From contig CAWGRW010000009.1 of the NCBI GenBank assembly GCA_963825135.1, positions 2,592,001-2,656,000 of the forward strand: a DNA stretch of 64,000 nt, written 5' to 3'. Origin of the DNA: an uncultured bacterium (GTDB taxonomy: Bacteria > Desulfobacterota_D > UBA1144 > Nemesobacterales > UBA2774). Below the pieces are notes generated by a model. The model saw only the letters and a program-made list of their open reading frames with translations, did no database searches and was not told the DNA's origin. Positions 32,940 through 42,452 of this stretch are shown here, piece after piece. Both the position numbers and the translations under genes were made by a program. Numbering within the stretch: the stretch's first letter is position 1; each line of letters opens with the position of its first letter.

Positions 32940-34637
32940 TTACCTTCTTCCGGAATTCCTTACGAGAGAGTTGTTGTTGAAGGACCTCGTGCTCCCCGGA
33001 CTGTAGCTCCTCATGCCGGTATTGCCCGTATTGACCGACGGGCTCCTGAACTGCTGCGGGCTCGTGTTCATTTGCGGGCTGTTGTCGGTATAGCTCGGCC
33101 CTCGGTCGTTCGAGACGTTACCCGGTTTTTGCCTCGTCTGAGTATACCGGGGCGCCTGGTTCTGAGCGTTGTACCTGTTCGGGTTATAGCTGTTCCCGGG
33201 CTGCACTGGCGCCCTGTTGAGCGGCTGCCTGCTTCCGGGATTCTTGTACCTGTTCGTAACCGTGTTAGGGACTCTGTTGTTGTAAGGGTTTCCGTACGCG
33301 GGCCCGGGCTCCGCGACAGGGTTTTGGTTCTGTTTGACCCTGTTATTGACGAGGGTATTGCTCCTTGTCCGGCCCTGATAGTCATTGCCGTTAGGCGAGC
33401 TATACGGATTGCTCTTCCCGACAGGTACGGTCGCCGGCATCCTGCCGCTATTTACAGGCCGGTCGGCGGGTCCGTACGCATTCCCGTTAATCTCTCCGCG
33501 TTTTGAAGTGTCGAGTGTGTTCGCGCCGCTGTTGAGTGTCCCGGTATTCCTCTTTTGTATACCGTAGTTGTTGGGCGCGGTGTTCCCGTAGGGCGTGCCC
33601 GTGTCGGTCTTCACGGACCTCTGCTGTACGAGCCCGTTCCCCATGTCCCGGTTCTGCGAGGCGCGGCTGTTGTTGATTCCCGTCCCTTTAACGTCCCGGG
33701 CGTTCTGAATGCCCCGGTTTATGGTTCCGGGCCTGTTGACAGGCGATTCGTCCGCTTGTTTCGTGATAGAGGGCCGAAAGACGTTGAAATTGTTCCTGTC
33801 GAGACCGTTCCCGTTCTTCCCGGCCCTTAAAGCCGACAGGTCCGAGTCGACCAGATGTACGGGGGTTATTTTCCCGTTCCCCGCCCGCTCTATTGCCGAT
33901 TTATCAGGGCCGTAGTTGTATATCCTGTTGTTCTCGACCTTGATGTTCGTTACGTTCTTCACGTTCCGCATTACGGTCAGGTTATGCTCTCTGTCAAGCG
34001 CGACGAGCCTCGCGTTCTTGTTCGTGAATTTGTCCTGCGGGACGAAGACGCAGTGGTTCCCGGGGGCGTAGTAATCGTTGTCGTAATACTGTCCGTGATG
34101 ATGGTGGTGGTGCCCGTAGTTCCCGCCGTAATAGTTATTGTTGTATCCGCCGTAATAACCGCTGTTGTAATTGAAGAAGTTTATGCCGATCTCTATGAAG
34201 AAGTTATTGTCGGGCGGAAGCGGAGACCAGCCGACGTAACCAGGCGACTGGTACCAGGAAACGTACGCAGGGGCCCAGGTCGTCCCGGGAATCCACGTCC
34301 AGCCGTAGTAGCTGTCGTATATCCACCTTCCGTAGTGATAGGTCGCCCAGCCCCAGGGCTCCGCGGAAGCCCACGTCCACCCCTGATCCGACCAGACCCA
34401 CTGTCCGTCCATGTAGGGCTGCCAGTCCGGGCCCGCCTGAGTCGGAGACCATCCGTACCCGTACCCGTTGATCGGAACCCAGCTGCCGTAAGGCGAGAGG
34501 GAATCGTAAAAAAGGCCGAAGCTGAAGGACGTCCCGGCGTGAGCCTTTTCCTCGAAATTCACCATGTCCCCGCCCGCGAATAACGCCAATACAAAAACCA
34601 AAACCGCTAGTTTGTGTCTCATTGTTTTTCTACTCAC
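32940..34637 (-). CDS. DUF6600-like secreted protein with long N/G/P/Q-rich tail
   Basis: FYDSLSPYGSW..WQPY..GQW..EPWGWATYHYGRW..WIPG..WAPAYVSW..VGWSPLPP. Confidence 0.8.
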   Translation of the reverse strand: MSRKTMRHKLAVLVFVLALFAGGDMVNFEEKAHAGTSFSFGLFYDSLSPYGSWVPINGYGYGWSPTQAGPDWQPYMDGQWVWSDQGWTWASAEPWGWATYHYGRWIYDSYYGWTWIPGTTWAPAYVSWYQSPGYVGWSPLPPDNNFFIEIGINFFNYNSGYYGGYNNNYYGGNYGHHHHHHGQYYDNDYYAPGNHCVFVPQDKFTNKNARLVALDREHNLTVMRNVKNVTNIKVENNRIYNYGPDKSAIERAGNGKITPVHLVDSDLSALRAGKNGNGLDRNNFNVFRPSITKQADESPVNRPGTINRGIQNARDVKGTGINNSRASQNRDMGNGLVQQRSVKTDTGTPYGNTAPNNYGIQKRNTGTLNSGANTLDTSKRGEINGNAYGPADRPVNSGRMPATVPVGKSNPYSSPNGNDYQGRTRSNTLVNNRVKQNQNPVAEPGPAYGNPYNNRVPNTVTNRYKNPGSRQPLNRAPVQPGNSYNPNRYNAQNQAPRYTQTRQKPGNVSNDRGPSYTDNSPQMNTSPQQFRSPSVNTGNTGMRSYSPGSTRSFNNNSLVRNSGRR

Positions 34638-34802
34638 TCCCTGCTAATAAAGTTAACATATCAAACCATGCCCACATACCGAATGTTGCACGTTTAATAA
34701 AAATGTATGCTATTGCACAAGGGTGTGTGAAACTGCACAGTCCGGGGTATGACGGCGTATGTTCCGGGGAGGGTTACGGGGTCGGGAGATGAATAATTCG
34801 AT

Positions 34803-36305
34803 TCAGTTCTTGTGGCCGGTTACGCGCTTCTTTTTTTCGAGGAGCTCCCCGTATATCCTGAGGTACTCCTTGCCGGAGCTTCGCCAGGAATAGTCCTCCT
34901 TCATCCCCCTCGAGATGAGCTCCCGCCATTTGTCCTTTTCCTCGTATACGGATATGGCCCTCAGCAGCGCGTCGAGCATGCTGAGCTTGGAGAATTCGTA
35001 AAATACGAACCCGTTCCCCCTCTCCGCGTCCTCGGTATAGTCCCTTACCGTGTCGAGGAGACCGCCCGTCCCCCTGACGACGGGTATGGCCCCGTACCTG
35101 AGCGCTATAATCTGTCCAAGTCCGCAGGGCTCGAACCGGGAGGGCACGAGGAACATGTCGGAGCCCGCGAAGACCCGCCTCTCGAGCTCGTTGTTATTGA
35201 CCGCGATAGTGACGGAGAGGTTCCGCTTCCACCTCTTCCTCGCCTTCTCAAGCTGAAGCTCGTACTTCTCGACGCCCGCTCCCACGACGGCCACCTGATA
35301 TCCGAGGTCGAGTATCTGGGGTATGGATTCGAGGACGAGGTCTATCCCCTTTTGCTCCGTGAGCTTCGAGACCACGCCCAGAAGCGGCTTGTCCCCTTCC
35401 GGGTCGAGACCGAGCTCTCCCCTGATCGCGGCTTTGTTCGCTTTCTTGTTGTCGGTCGTCTCCGCGCCGTATCTCTCGCTTATGGAACTGTCGTTCTCCG
35501 GGTCCCACGCGTCGTAGTCTATTCCGTTCAGGATGCCGATGAGGTTGTCCCTGTTCCTGGATATCCACTTGAGCACGGCGTCGAGGCCGTACCCGTATTC
35601 GCTCTTCTTGAGCTCAGAAGCGTATGTCGGGCTTACTGTGGTCACGAGGTCCGAGTACATGACCGCGCCCTTAAGCAGATTGGCCTTGCCGTAAAATTCG
35701 AGCCCCTGGGAGGTGTAGAGGAATTCGGGCAGCCCGAACTTGTCGAGCACGTGCCTGTCGTATTGACCCTGGTAGGAGATGTTGTGTATCGTGAAAACGA
35801 CCCTGGAGTCCTTGAAAAACGGGTCGTCTTTTAAGTGCCTCCTCCACCTGAGGCATATCGGGAGGAGAGCCGTCTGCCAGTCGTGGCAGTGGATGATGTC
35901 GGGCTTGAAGTCAAGCGCCCTGGCTATCTCGAGAGCGCCCAGCGAAAGGAACCCGAACCTTATATCGTTGTCCTCGAAATCGCCCTTGGGGGTGGAGTAT
36001 ATGTACTTCCTCCCGTAGAGCTCGTCGTTCGTGAGGAAATTCACGTAGACGCCGTTTGACTCAATCTCCTTTATCCCGCCCCTGTAGGGAAGCCAGTCGA
36101 TGCAGGATACGAGGTCTCCCGATACGGTCCTGGGCTTGATCCCGAGCCTCGACAGATTGGCGCGGACCCGCCTGTAATAGGGTATGACCACCCTGACCTC
36201 GCAGCCGAGCGACGCGAGCCTCTTGGGCAGGGTGCCTATGACGTCCGCGAGGCCGCCCACCTTGGCGAATGGGTCCATCTCCGTAGCTACGAACAGTATT
36301 TTCAT
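34803..36305 (-). CDS. glgA: Glycogen synthase
   Basis: KVGGLADV, HCHDWQT, TIHNISYQG, GILNGID, PSRFEPCGL, TGGLLDTV. Confidence 0.96.
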   Translation of the reverse strand: MKILFVATEMDPFAKVGGLADVIGTLPKRLASLGCEVRVVIPYYRRVRANLSRLGIKPRTVSGDLVSCIDWLPYRGGIKEIESNGVYVNFLTNDELYGRKYIYSTPKGDFEDNDIRFGFLSLGALEIARALDFKPDIIHCHDWQTALLPICLRWRRHLKDDPFFKDSRVVFTIHNISYQGQYDRHVLDKFGLPEFLYTSQGLEFYGKANLLKGAVMYSDLVTTVSPTYASELKKSEYGYGLDAVLKWISRNRDNLIGILNGIDYDAWDPENDSSISERYGAETTDNKKANKAAIRGELGLDPEGDKPLLGVVSKLTEQKGIDLVLESIPQILDLGYQVAVVGAGVEKYELQLEKARKRWKRNLSVTIAVNNNELERRVFAGSDMFLVPSRFEPCGLGQIIALRYGAIPVVRGTGGLLDTVRDYTEDAERGNGFVFYEFSKLSMLDALLRAISVYEEKDKWRELISRGMKEDYSWRSSGKEYLRIYGELLEKKKRVTGHKN

Positions 36306-36374
36306 GTGTCGACAAAAGCGAAGACAATAACAGTTTAAAGAACCGCGGCGGTGTATATCAAGGGCCGGGGAGAT

Positions 36375-37004
36375 TCACCCCTTGTCGAGCTCTCTCACCT
36401 TCTCCGAGAGCTTCGAGGCGTTCTCCGCTATAACGTCCGGGTCGATCTTCCTGTCCTTGCCGAGAAGCGCGCTCGAGACCCCTACGGCCGAAGCCCCGGA
36501 CTTGATATACTCCGTGATGTTGTCGAGCCCTACCCCGCCCGTAGTCATTATATCGACGAACGGCAGCGGCTCCTTTATCGCCCTTACGTAAGACGGCCCC
36601 CCGACGGCGCTTGCCGGGAAAATCTTGACCATATCGGCGCCCAGTTTCCAGGCGCTCACTATCTCGGAGGACGTAAACGCCCCCTGTATGGACGCCATGC
36701 CGTTTTCTTTCGCGAAATTGATTAAATCCTTGTCCGTGTGCGGGGATACGAGGAAGGCGGCCCCCGCCTTGCGGGCCTTCTCCGCCATGCCGGTATCGAG
36801 CACGGTGCCCGCGCCCACGAGCACCCCGAGCCTGCCGCTGAGAGCGGATATCGCCTCGTCCGCGCCGGGGAAGGAGAACGTGATCTCAATCAGCCTGAGC
36901 CCGCCTTTTATGCACCCCTCCGCGAAGTCGAGCGCCGACTCCGCCGACTCCGCCCGTATCACGGCGAAGATCTTGTGCTTCTTTATGGCTTCGAGGCTCT
37001 TCAC
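36375..37004 (-). CDS. eda: KDPG/KHG aldolase
   Basis: AVIR, IEIT, VGAGTV, FLVSP, VKIFPA, TGGV. Confidence 0.9.
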   Translation of the reverse strand: MKSLEAIKKHKIFAVIRAESAESALDFAEGCIKGGLRLIEITFSFPGADEAISALSGRLGVLVGAGTVLDTGMAEKARKAGAAFLVSPHTDKDLINFAKENGMASIQGAFTSSEIVSAWKLGADMVKIFPASAVGGPSYVRAIKEPLPFVDIMTTGGVGLDNITEYIKSGASAVGVSSALLGKDRKIDPDVIAENASKLSEKVRELDKG

Positions 37005-37154
37005 ACCTACAAGTTAACAGGCTCGGGCGAACAGATGCAAGTTTTCCCGGCGCGTTATATCGATGCCCCGAAATTTATCCTTTAATGGCTATGCCTTATT
37101 GATTTCGTGCACAGGATGTTTTATCATGTATAATTAATGCCCATGGAGCATAGC

Positions 37155-37605
37155 ATGAGTTTCATTACAGAAGAGATGATTAGGGAGCGCGTGAGCGAGT
37201 TTATCGACCGGAGCAAGGGTCTCGGTATAAAGGTAACCCCGCAGAGGGTGGCCATATACAGGGAGCTGGCGTCGACCGACCAGCACCCGAGCACGGAGAC
37301 GATTTACAAGAAGATAAAGGACTACTACCCCAACATCTCCCTCACGACCGTTTACAGGACCCTCGAGACCTTCGAGAAGTTGGGCCTCATATCGGTAGTG
37401 AACGTGCTCTACAACGCCGCCCGCTACGACGCGAACCTCGCGCCTCACAACCACATCGTCTGCATCGAGTGCAAGAAGGTCGAGGACATATACGACGAGT
37501 CGTCTGTCGACGCTCGACGTATCCGACAAGACCCTCGGCGACTACCACATCAAGGGCTATTCGATTTTGTTAAACGGCATCTGCAAAGACTGCCGGGATA
37601 ACTGA
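37155..37605 (+). CDS. Fur/PerR-family regulator (1-nt frameshift near 37503)
   Basis: TPQR, HPS, SLTTVYRTL, HNHIVCIECKKV; removing one base restores ..ILLNGICKDCRDN* with the second CxxC. Confidence 0.9.
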
Positions 37606-37693
37606 CCGTATTTCCCCTGAGCTACCGCAGCATCTTCATTGGCGTCACCCTCCTATGGATGGCTACGCGCGTTATTTTGCAATCCCCCTGCGC

Positions 37694-37733
37694 CCCGCCG
37701 CCAAAGGGGGGTATATAGGGTTGGCGGCGGCGG
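37694..37733. repeat. GTATA-core hairpin H8 (copy of H7)
   Basis: cccgccgccaaaggggggtatatagggttggcggcggcgg versus 31038-31081. Confidence 0.85.
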
Positions 37734-37843
37734 ACTATACAGACTCTAATTTCTTTCCCCTTCCTTTTGTAATCACTGTTAGATATTATTTAGACGTATT
37801 TCAATATCTCTTTAGTGTCTCTGTAGGGGTGACGGAGATACTA

Positions 37844-38275
37844 TTGAAAGTGGTTATTTGCGGATCGCCGCAGTGGACATACCACGATGCCGTGAAAAAT
37901 GAAATAGAGCGCCTGCGCGGGGAATCGAGGCTGACGGGCAGGAAGCTCCTTATCATTCACGGCGGCGAGAGCGGTCCGGAAACCTTTGCGCACGAGTATT
38001 GCCGCAAGATCGGCGTCGATACCATCGTCCAGGAAGCCGTAAGGCTCCGGGGGCAAGACTCCTATTTCCGCAGAAACGAGCTGATCCTTGTCTATCATAA
38101 ACCCGACCTGGTCGTGGGTTTCGCTCATTCATTTAAGGAAAGCAGGGTTGTTTCCGATATGTTATCGAGGGCCCGGGAAAAGGGTATCGAGATCAGACCG
38201 TTGGATTATAAGGCTGTTACGACGCGCAGCACCGACGACATTCCAATGGGATCCTACAAGTGCGGTCTGTTATAA
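37844..38275 (+). CDS. SLOG-superfamily protein (YspA/DUF2493-like)
   Basis: TTG after GGAG; KVVICGS, IIHGGESGPE, RRNELI, PDLVVGF, DM...AREKGI. Confidence 0.75.
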   Translation: MKVVICGSPQWTYHDAVKNEIERLRGESRLTGRKLLIIHGGESGPETFAHEYCRKIGVDTIVQEAVRLRGQDSYFRRNELILVYHKPDLVVGFAHSFKESRVVSDMLSRAREKGIEIRPLDYKAVTTRSTDDIPMGSYKCGLL

Positions 38276-38408
38276 GGGGAATGGAAGCCCGCCCGGGCCG
38301 GAGAGGATTTAAGGCTTCCGGACATACCGGAGAGCGGAATCAGCCGTACCGGATGAATCCATTTCACAAAATTCCCTCTCATAACTAATGTATAGGGTAA
38401 TCTTATTA

Positions 38409-39224
38409 ATGTTGAACGACGTTAAAGAGCCTACTGTTTATGTTGAAAACCTGAGCAAGACTTTCGGCGACTTCACAGCCGTCGACTCCGTGTCCTTCAC
38501 GGTTGCCGCAGGGGAGATCTTCGCGCTGATAGGCCCGAACGGCGCCGGCAAGAGCACGATAATCAAGATGCTGACGACGCTCCTGCCCCCGGCCTCGGGT
38601 ACTGCCAGGGTCGCGGGCTACGACATCGTTACGCAGGCGACTGACGTGCGGCGGAGCATCGGCTATATACCGCAGCTCCTGTCGTCAGACGGCGCGCTCA
38701 CGGGGCGGGAGAACCTCCTTCTTTCGGCCAGGCTTTACACTATTCCGCGCGCGGAGCAGTCAGGGCGCATAAAAGAGGCGCTCGAGTTCATGGAGCTTGA
38801 CGAAGAGGCCGACGACCTGGTGCAGAGCTACTCGGGAGGCATGATACGCAGGCTCGAGATCGCGCAGAGCATGCTGCATCAGCCTTCTGTAATCTTTATG
38901 GACGAGCCGACCGTCGGGCTCGACCCCGTCGCCCGGAAGGCCGTGTGGGAGCACGTGCAGGCGCTCAGGGAAAAGCATCGGATAACGATTATCCTGACTA
39001 CGCATTACATGGAGGAGGTCGAAGAGCTCGCCGACCGCATGGTCCTCCTCAACAAAGGGCGTATAATCGCCACGGGCACGCCGTCCGAGCTTAAGGCCGC
39101 CATTGGAGCGGACGCCACGCTCGACGACGTATTTTCCGGGCTCATAGACATAACGGAAGATCAGCAGCAGGGAGGTTATCGTGAAGTACGCAGAAACCGC
39201 AGGTCTATTGCATCCCGCAGCTAA
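38409..39224 (+). CDS. ABC-2 exporter ATP-binding subunit (DrrA-like)
   Basis: GPNGAGKST, YSGGMIRRL, FMDEPTVGLDP, TTHYMEE. Confidence 0.93.
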   Translation: MLNDVKEPTVYVENLSKTFGDFTAVDSVSFTVAAGEIFALIGPNGAGKSTIIKMLTTLLPPASGTARVAGYDIVTQATDVRRSIGYIPQLLSSDGALTGRENLLLSARLYTIPRAEQSGRIKEALEFMELDEEADDLVQSYSGGMIRRLEIAQSMLHQPSVIFMDEPTVGLDPVARKAVWEHVQALREKHRITIILTTHYMEEVEELADRMVLLNKGRIIATGTPSELKAAIGADATLDDVFSGLIDITEDQQQGGYREVRRNRRSIASRS

Positions 39225-40008
39225 AATCCCCGGGATGGCCGCCGATTACTGCATGCAGGTCCTGGGCGTCCTGAGCGCGGAGCTTCAGAAGGTCAGGCAC
39301 GACCCGGTGGAGCTCGTGACGCGCGCCGTGCAGCCGCTCCTCTGGCTCGTGCTCTTCGGCGAGGTTATGGCCAAGGTGCGCGGAATCTCTCCCGGGAGCC
39401 TCAGCTATATCGATTATCTCTCGGCCGGGGTATTGGCGCAAAGCGTGCTCTTCGTCGCAATATTTTTCGGTATCTCCGCCATCTGGGACCGCGATCTCGG
39501 CATTCTTCACCGGATGCTCGTGAGCCCTGCCCCTCGTACGTCTATTGTCATGGGCAAGGCCCTCGCCGCGAGCTTCAGGGGACTTATACAGGGCGTGATC
39601 GTTTACTCGGTTGCGGGACTGCTCGGGGCGGACCTGAGCTTCTCGCCGCTCCATATATTCGGCGTAGTCGTACTGATAGCGCTCGGCTGCGCGCTTTTTT
39701 CGACCCTGTCGCTGATCATAGCGTGCCTCGTAAAGACGCGTGAGCGGTTCATGGGGATAGGCCAGCTTATCACGATGCCCGTCTTCTTCGCCAGTAACGC
39801 CATCTATCCGATCGCGCTCATGCCCGGGTGGCTCCGCACCGTTTCATCGTTCAATCCGCTTACTTATCAGGTCGATGCGCTCAGGTCGCTGATGATTGTG
39901 GGCGTAAAGCCCGAATTCGGGCTTGCGTTCGACTTCGGCATTCTGGCCGTAATCACCGCGGCCCTGGTTTTACTCGCAGCCCGCATGTATCCCCGCATGG
40001 TGGTGTGA
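39181..40008 (+). CDS. ABC-2 permease
   Basis: QPLLWL, DRDLG, FFASNAIYP, NPLTYQVDALR; six TMs. The start may be ATG 39235. Confidence 0.9.
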   Translation: MKYAETAGLLHPAAKIPGMAADYCMQVLGVLSAELQKVRHDPVELVTRAVQPLLWLVLFGEVMAKVRGISPGSLSYIDYLSAGVLAQSVLFVAIFFGISAIWDRDLGILHRMLVSPAPRTSIVMGKALAASFRGLIQGVIVYSVAGLLGADLSFSPLHIFGVVVLIALGCALFSTLSLIIACLVKTRERFMGIGQLITMPVFFASNAIYPIALMPGWLRTVSSFNPLTYQVDALRSLMIVGVKPEFGLAFDFGILAVITAALVLLAARMYPRMVV

Positions 40009-40325
40009 AAAAGTATCAGTTACTGCTCGATACCCTTGAACGGCGTCTGCAAAGAATGCCGGGATAGCTGAGCACTGTTTCTATGATCCACCCCTGTTAA
40101 TTAGTACCATGCCGATATCGATTTATGGAAGGATGCATGTTTCGAAAAATTAGAAGAGACTAATGACCGATAATATAACTTATGTTGACTCAATATCCCG
40201 GGGCAATAATAGGCGGTATGGTAAACTGATACTTAGGTAAAATTATAAAATAAATAATATGGAAGCTTTCCGTATAATAAGTAGTTATAAGTCAGGTAAT
40301 AAGACATAGTAGTACTGAGGGCCGG

Positions 40326-40865
40326 ATGACTCTAAGCGACTTCTCTCGATGGTTGTACCGTGGCAGGCGACCCAACTGGGTTGCGAGGATTCTGAATCGA
40401 GCGTCGGCTGCTGTGGCCTCCTCGGGCGTCACCTCCAACTACATGGAGACATTGGAAGTGACCGGACGAAAGTCGGGGAAGACCTTCTCGTTGCCGGTGG
40501 TCATAGCCGTCGTCGATGGGCAGCGGTACCTGGTGTCGATGCTCGGAGATAACGTGCAATGGGTCCGGAACGTGCGGGCAGCCGGGGGAAAAGCGGTTCT
40601 CCGGAGCGGCGGTCGCGAGGACATACAACTCGAAGAGATTCCCGCCGACCGGCGCGCGCCCATCTTGAGGGCTTACCTGCAGCGGGCGCCGGGAGCGCGA
40701 CCCCACGTGCCTGTGAACAAGGATGCAGCGCTTGCGGAATTCGAAAAGATCGCGGCGGCATTTCCTGTGTTCCGTATTGCTTCCAACAAGGTGGCGGTGC
40801 CGACAGAGGATAGGGATATAAACTCACGCGAAGCTATACGGGCGGGGTTGGGGCTGCTCGAATAG
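40326..40865 (+). CDS. Deazaflavin (F420)-dependent nitroreductase-like (DDN) protein
   Basis: LEVTGRKSGK, WVRNVRAAG, FPVFRI. Confidence 0.8.
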   Translation: MTLSDFSRWLYRGRRPNWVARILNRASAAVASSGVTSNYMETLEVTGRKSGKTFSLPVVIAVVDGQRYLVSMLGDNVQWVRNVRAAGGKAVLRSGGREDIQLEEIPADRRAPILRAYLQRAPGARPHVPVNKDAALAEFEKIAAAFPVFRIASNKVAVPTEDRDINSREAIRAGLGLLE

Positions 40866-40930
40866 AGGGAAGTCAAACTGAACGCCTTACGCCAGGCCTT
40901 GAAAGAAGGGGAGAAAAGCGGCTTCCAGCC
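40810..40930 (+). pseudogene. ParD (RHH) antitoxin remnant
   Basis: NSREAIRAGLGLLE*REVKLNALRQALKEGEKSG resembles ParD SEVIRAGLRLLEE..KL.ALR.AL.EGE.SG with an internal TAG. Confidence 0.65.
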
Positions 40931-41016
40931 GCGACCCTGCTCCTTACTCACCCCCCTATTCCCAACCGCCCCATAATCATGTAATCCTATTCTCAAATGC
41001 CGAACAGGAGACAGTT

Positions 41017-42334
41017 ATGAGCATCCCCGAAGGACTCGAAGCCGCGCTTAATTTCGGATTCATGGACGCCATATTCACGAGGCGGTCGAGAAGGTTCGGC
41101 CTCGGGATGGAGATAAAGGAAGGGACCCTCGCGCACAAGTCCCGGCACGCCCCCGTGCCCCTCTCGGAGCTGGAAGAAGCGTTCCTCATATGGGCCGGGA
41201 CGGGGATGACGGGGCTGTCGCTCGGCGACCTGCCGCGCACCGGGAATCTCCTGGCTCTTCCAGTGGACGGGGAGGAGCTGGCCCTGCTCCTGCAACTCTC
41301 ATTCTACCGAGCTTTTCTACACGAACGACGACGGCGTTTACATGGTGAGGCTCCACGACGTTATGCCCGAGGGAGGCAAGAGCCTCATATTCCAGGGCAT
41401 GACCGACGACGAAAAACTCGCCAAGGTGCTCGAGCTATTCAGGAAGAGCCTCGTAAAGCTCGATGACGGGAGGGCGCAATTACCCAAAGGCGAGCCGGGC
41501 CTCTTTGACTTCAACGCGTGGAACTGCAACCGTCCGGGGACTACGTTCTTCGTCCCGGTTACGAACACGACGGTCGAGTACATGGTGCTGCTCTTCATAT
41601 ACTTCGGCGCGAAATACGGGTTCAACATAATCGACGAATTAAACGGCGGGCGGTCGTGCGGCCTCGATAAATGGATCGAGAAGGGATATATAAGGAAGGA
41701 CGTCGAGCTTTCGCTCTTCGATCTGGAGCTCCGGGTTTTGACTACGCTCAACGTCGAGCAGGCTTTCATATGCCAGAACATGAACCTTGCGTTACAGGGG
41801 CTCGGCCTCGGCGGTTGGGCGTTTACGGGACTTCTCCCGCATTACGCGCTCGGCGTTCACCCGGATCACAAGGGGCTCGGGTTCAGGTTCACGAGGCCTG
41901 AGAAGACCGTGCGCAGCGCCAAGCCTCCCGTGCCCGTCGGCAGGGACGGCGTATTCGAGGCGCTCTGCCCGCCTTACGTCGCTGACATGGGGGAGGCGGT
42001 CGATAAGTTCCTCCGCATGAGAGGGAGGTTCTGGGAAGAGGACAACCCCTACCCTTACCTTGACCCCGGAGGCGTGCTCGCCGACGAATACCACCCGAGC
42101 GAGGTCAGGATAGAGATAGTGAAGGATTTTTGTACATACGTCTATGAGAATTACGGGCGGTTCCCCGCGTTCCTCGACCCGATGTTCACGAGGCTGGTGT
42201 TCCAGGCCCACCATCTGGACCTTGAATTCTACGATAAATATTATACGGAAGGCGCATACACGGACCTCCACAAGGACCACTTCAAGCTCTGGCACCCGGA
42301 TATGAAGGACCCGTTCGGGGGCGCCGGGGACTAA
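41017..42334 (+). CDS. Large divergent nitroreductase-fold protein (1-nt frameshift near 41245)
   Basis: RRSRRF at the N-terminus; repaired frame GISWLFQWTGRSWPCSCNSHSTELFYTNDDGVYM joins the two ORFs; EQAFICQNMNLALQGLGLGGW. Confidence 0.7.
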
Positions 42335-42452
42335 GAATGAAAAGATATGCAGTGCCGTCATTGTAAGTGAGAACCCATCCGGCAGGTTGACACCGATGCT
42401 CGTCGTACTATACAATCTCATCAGTAGCACTTTAATCAAAGGAGGATAAAGA

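Noticed and set aside
34660..34740. Sigma54 promoter and TGT-N10-ACA boxes upstream of the DUF6600-like gene
   Set aside because: Two TGT-N10-ACA-like boxes exist, but the candidate promoter lacks the -12 GC, so support is too weak.
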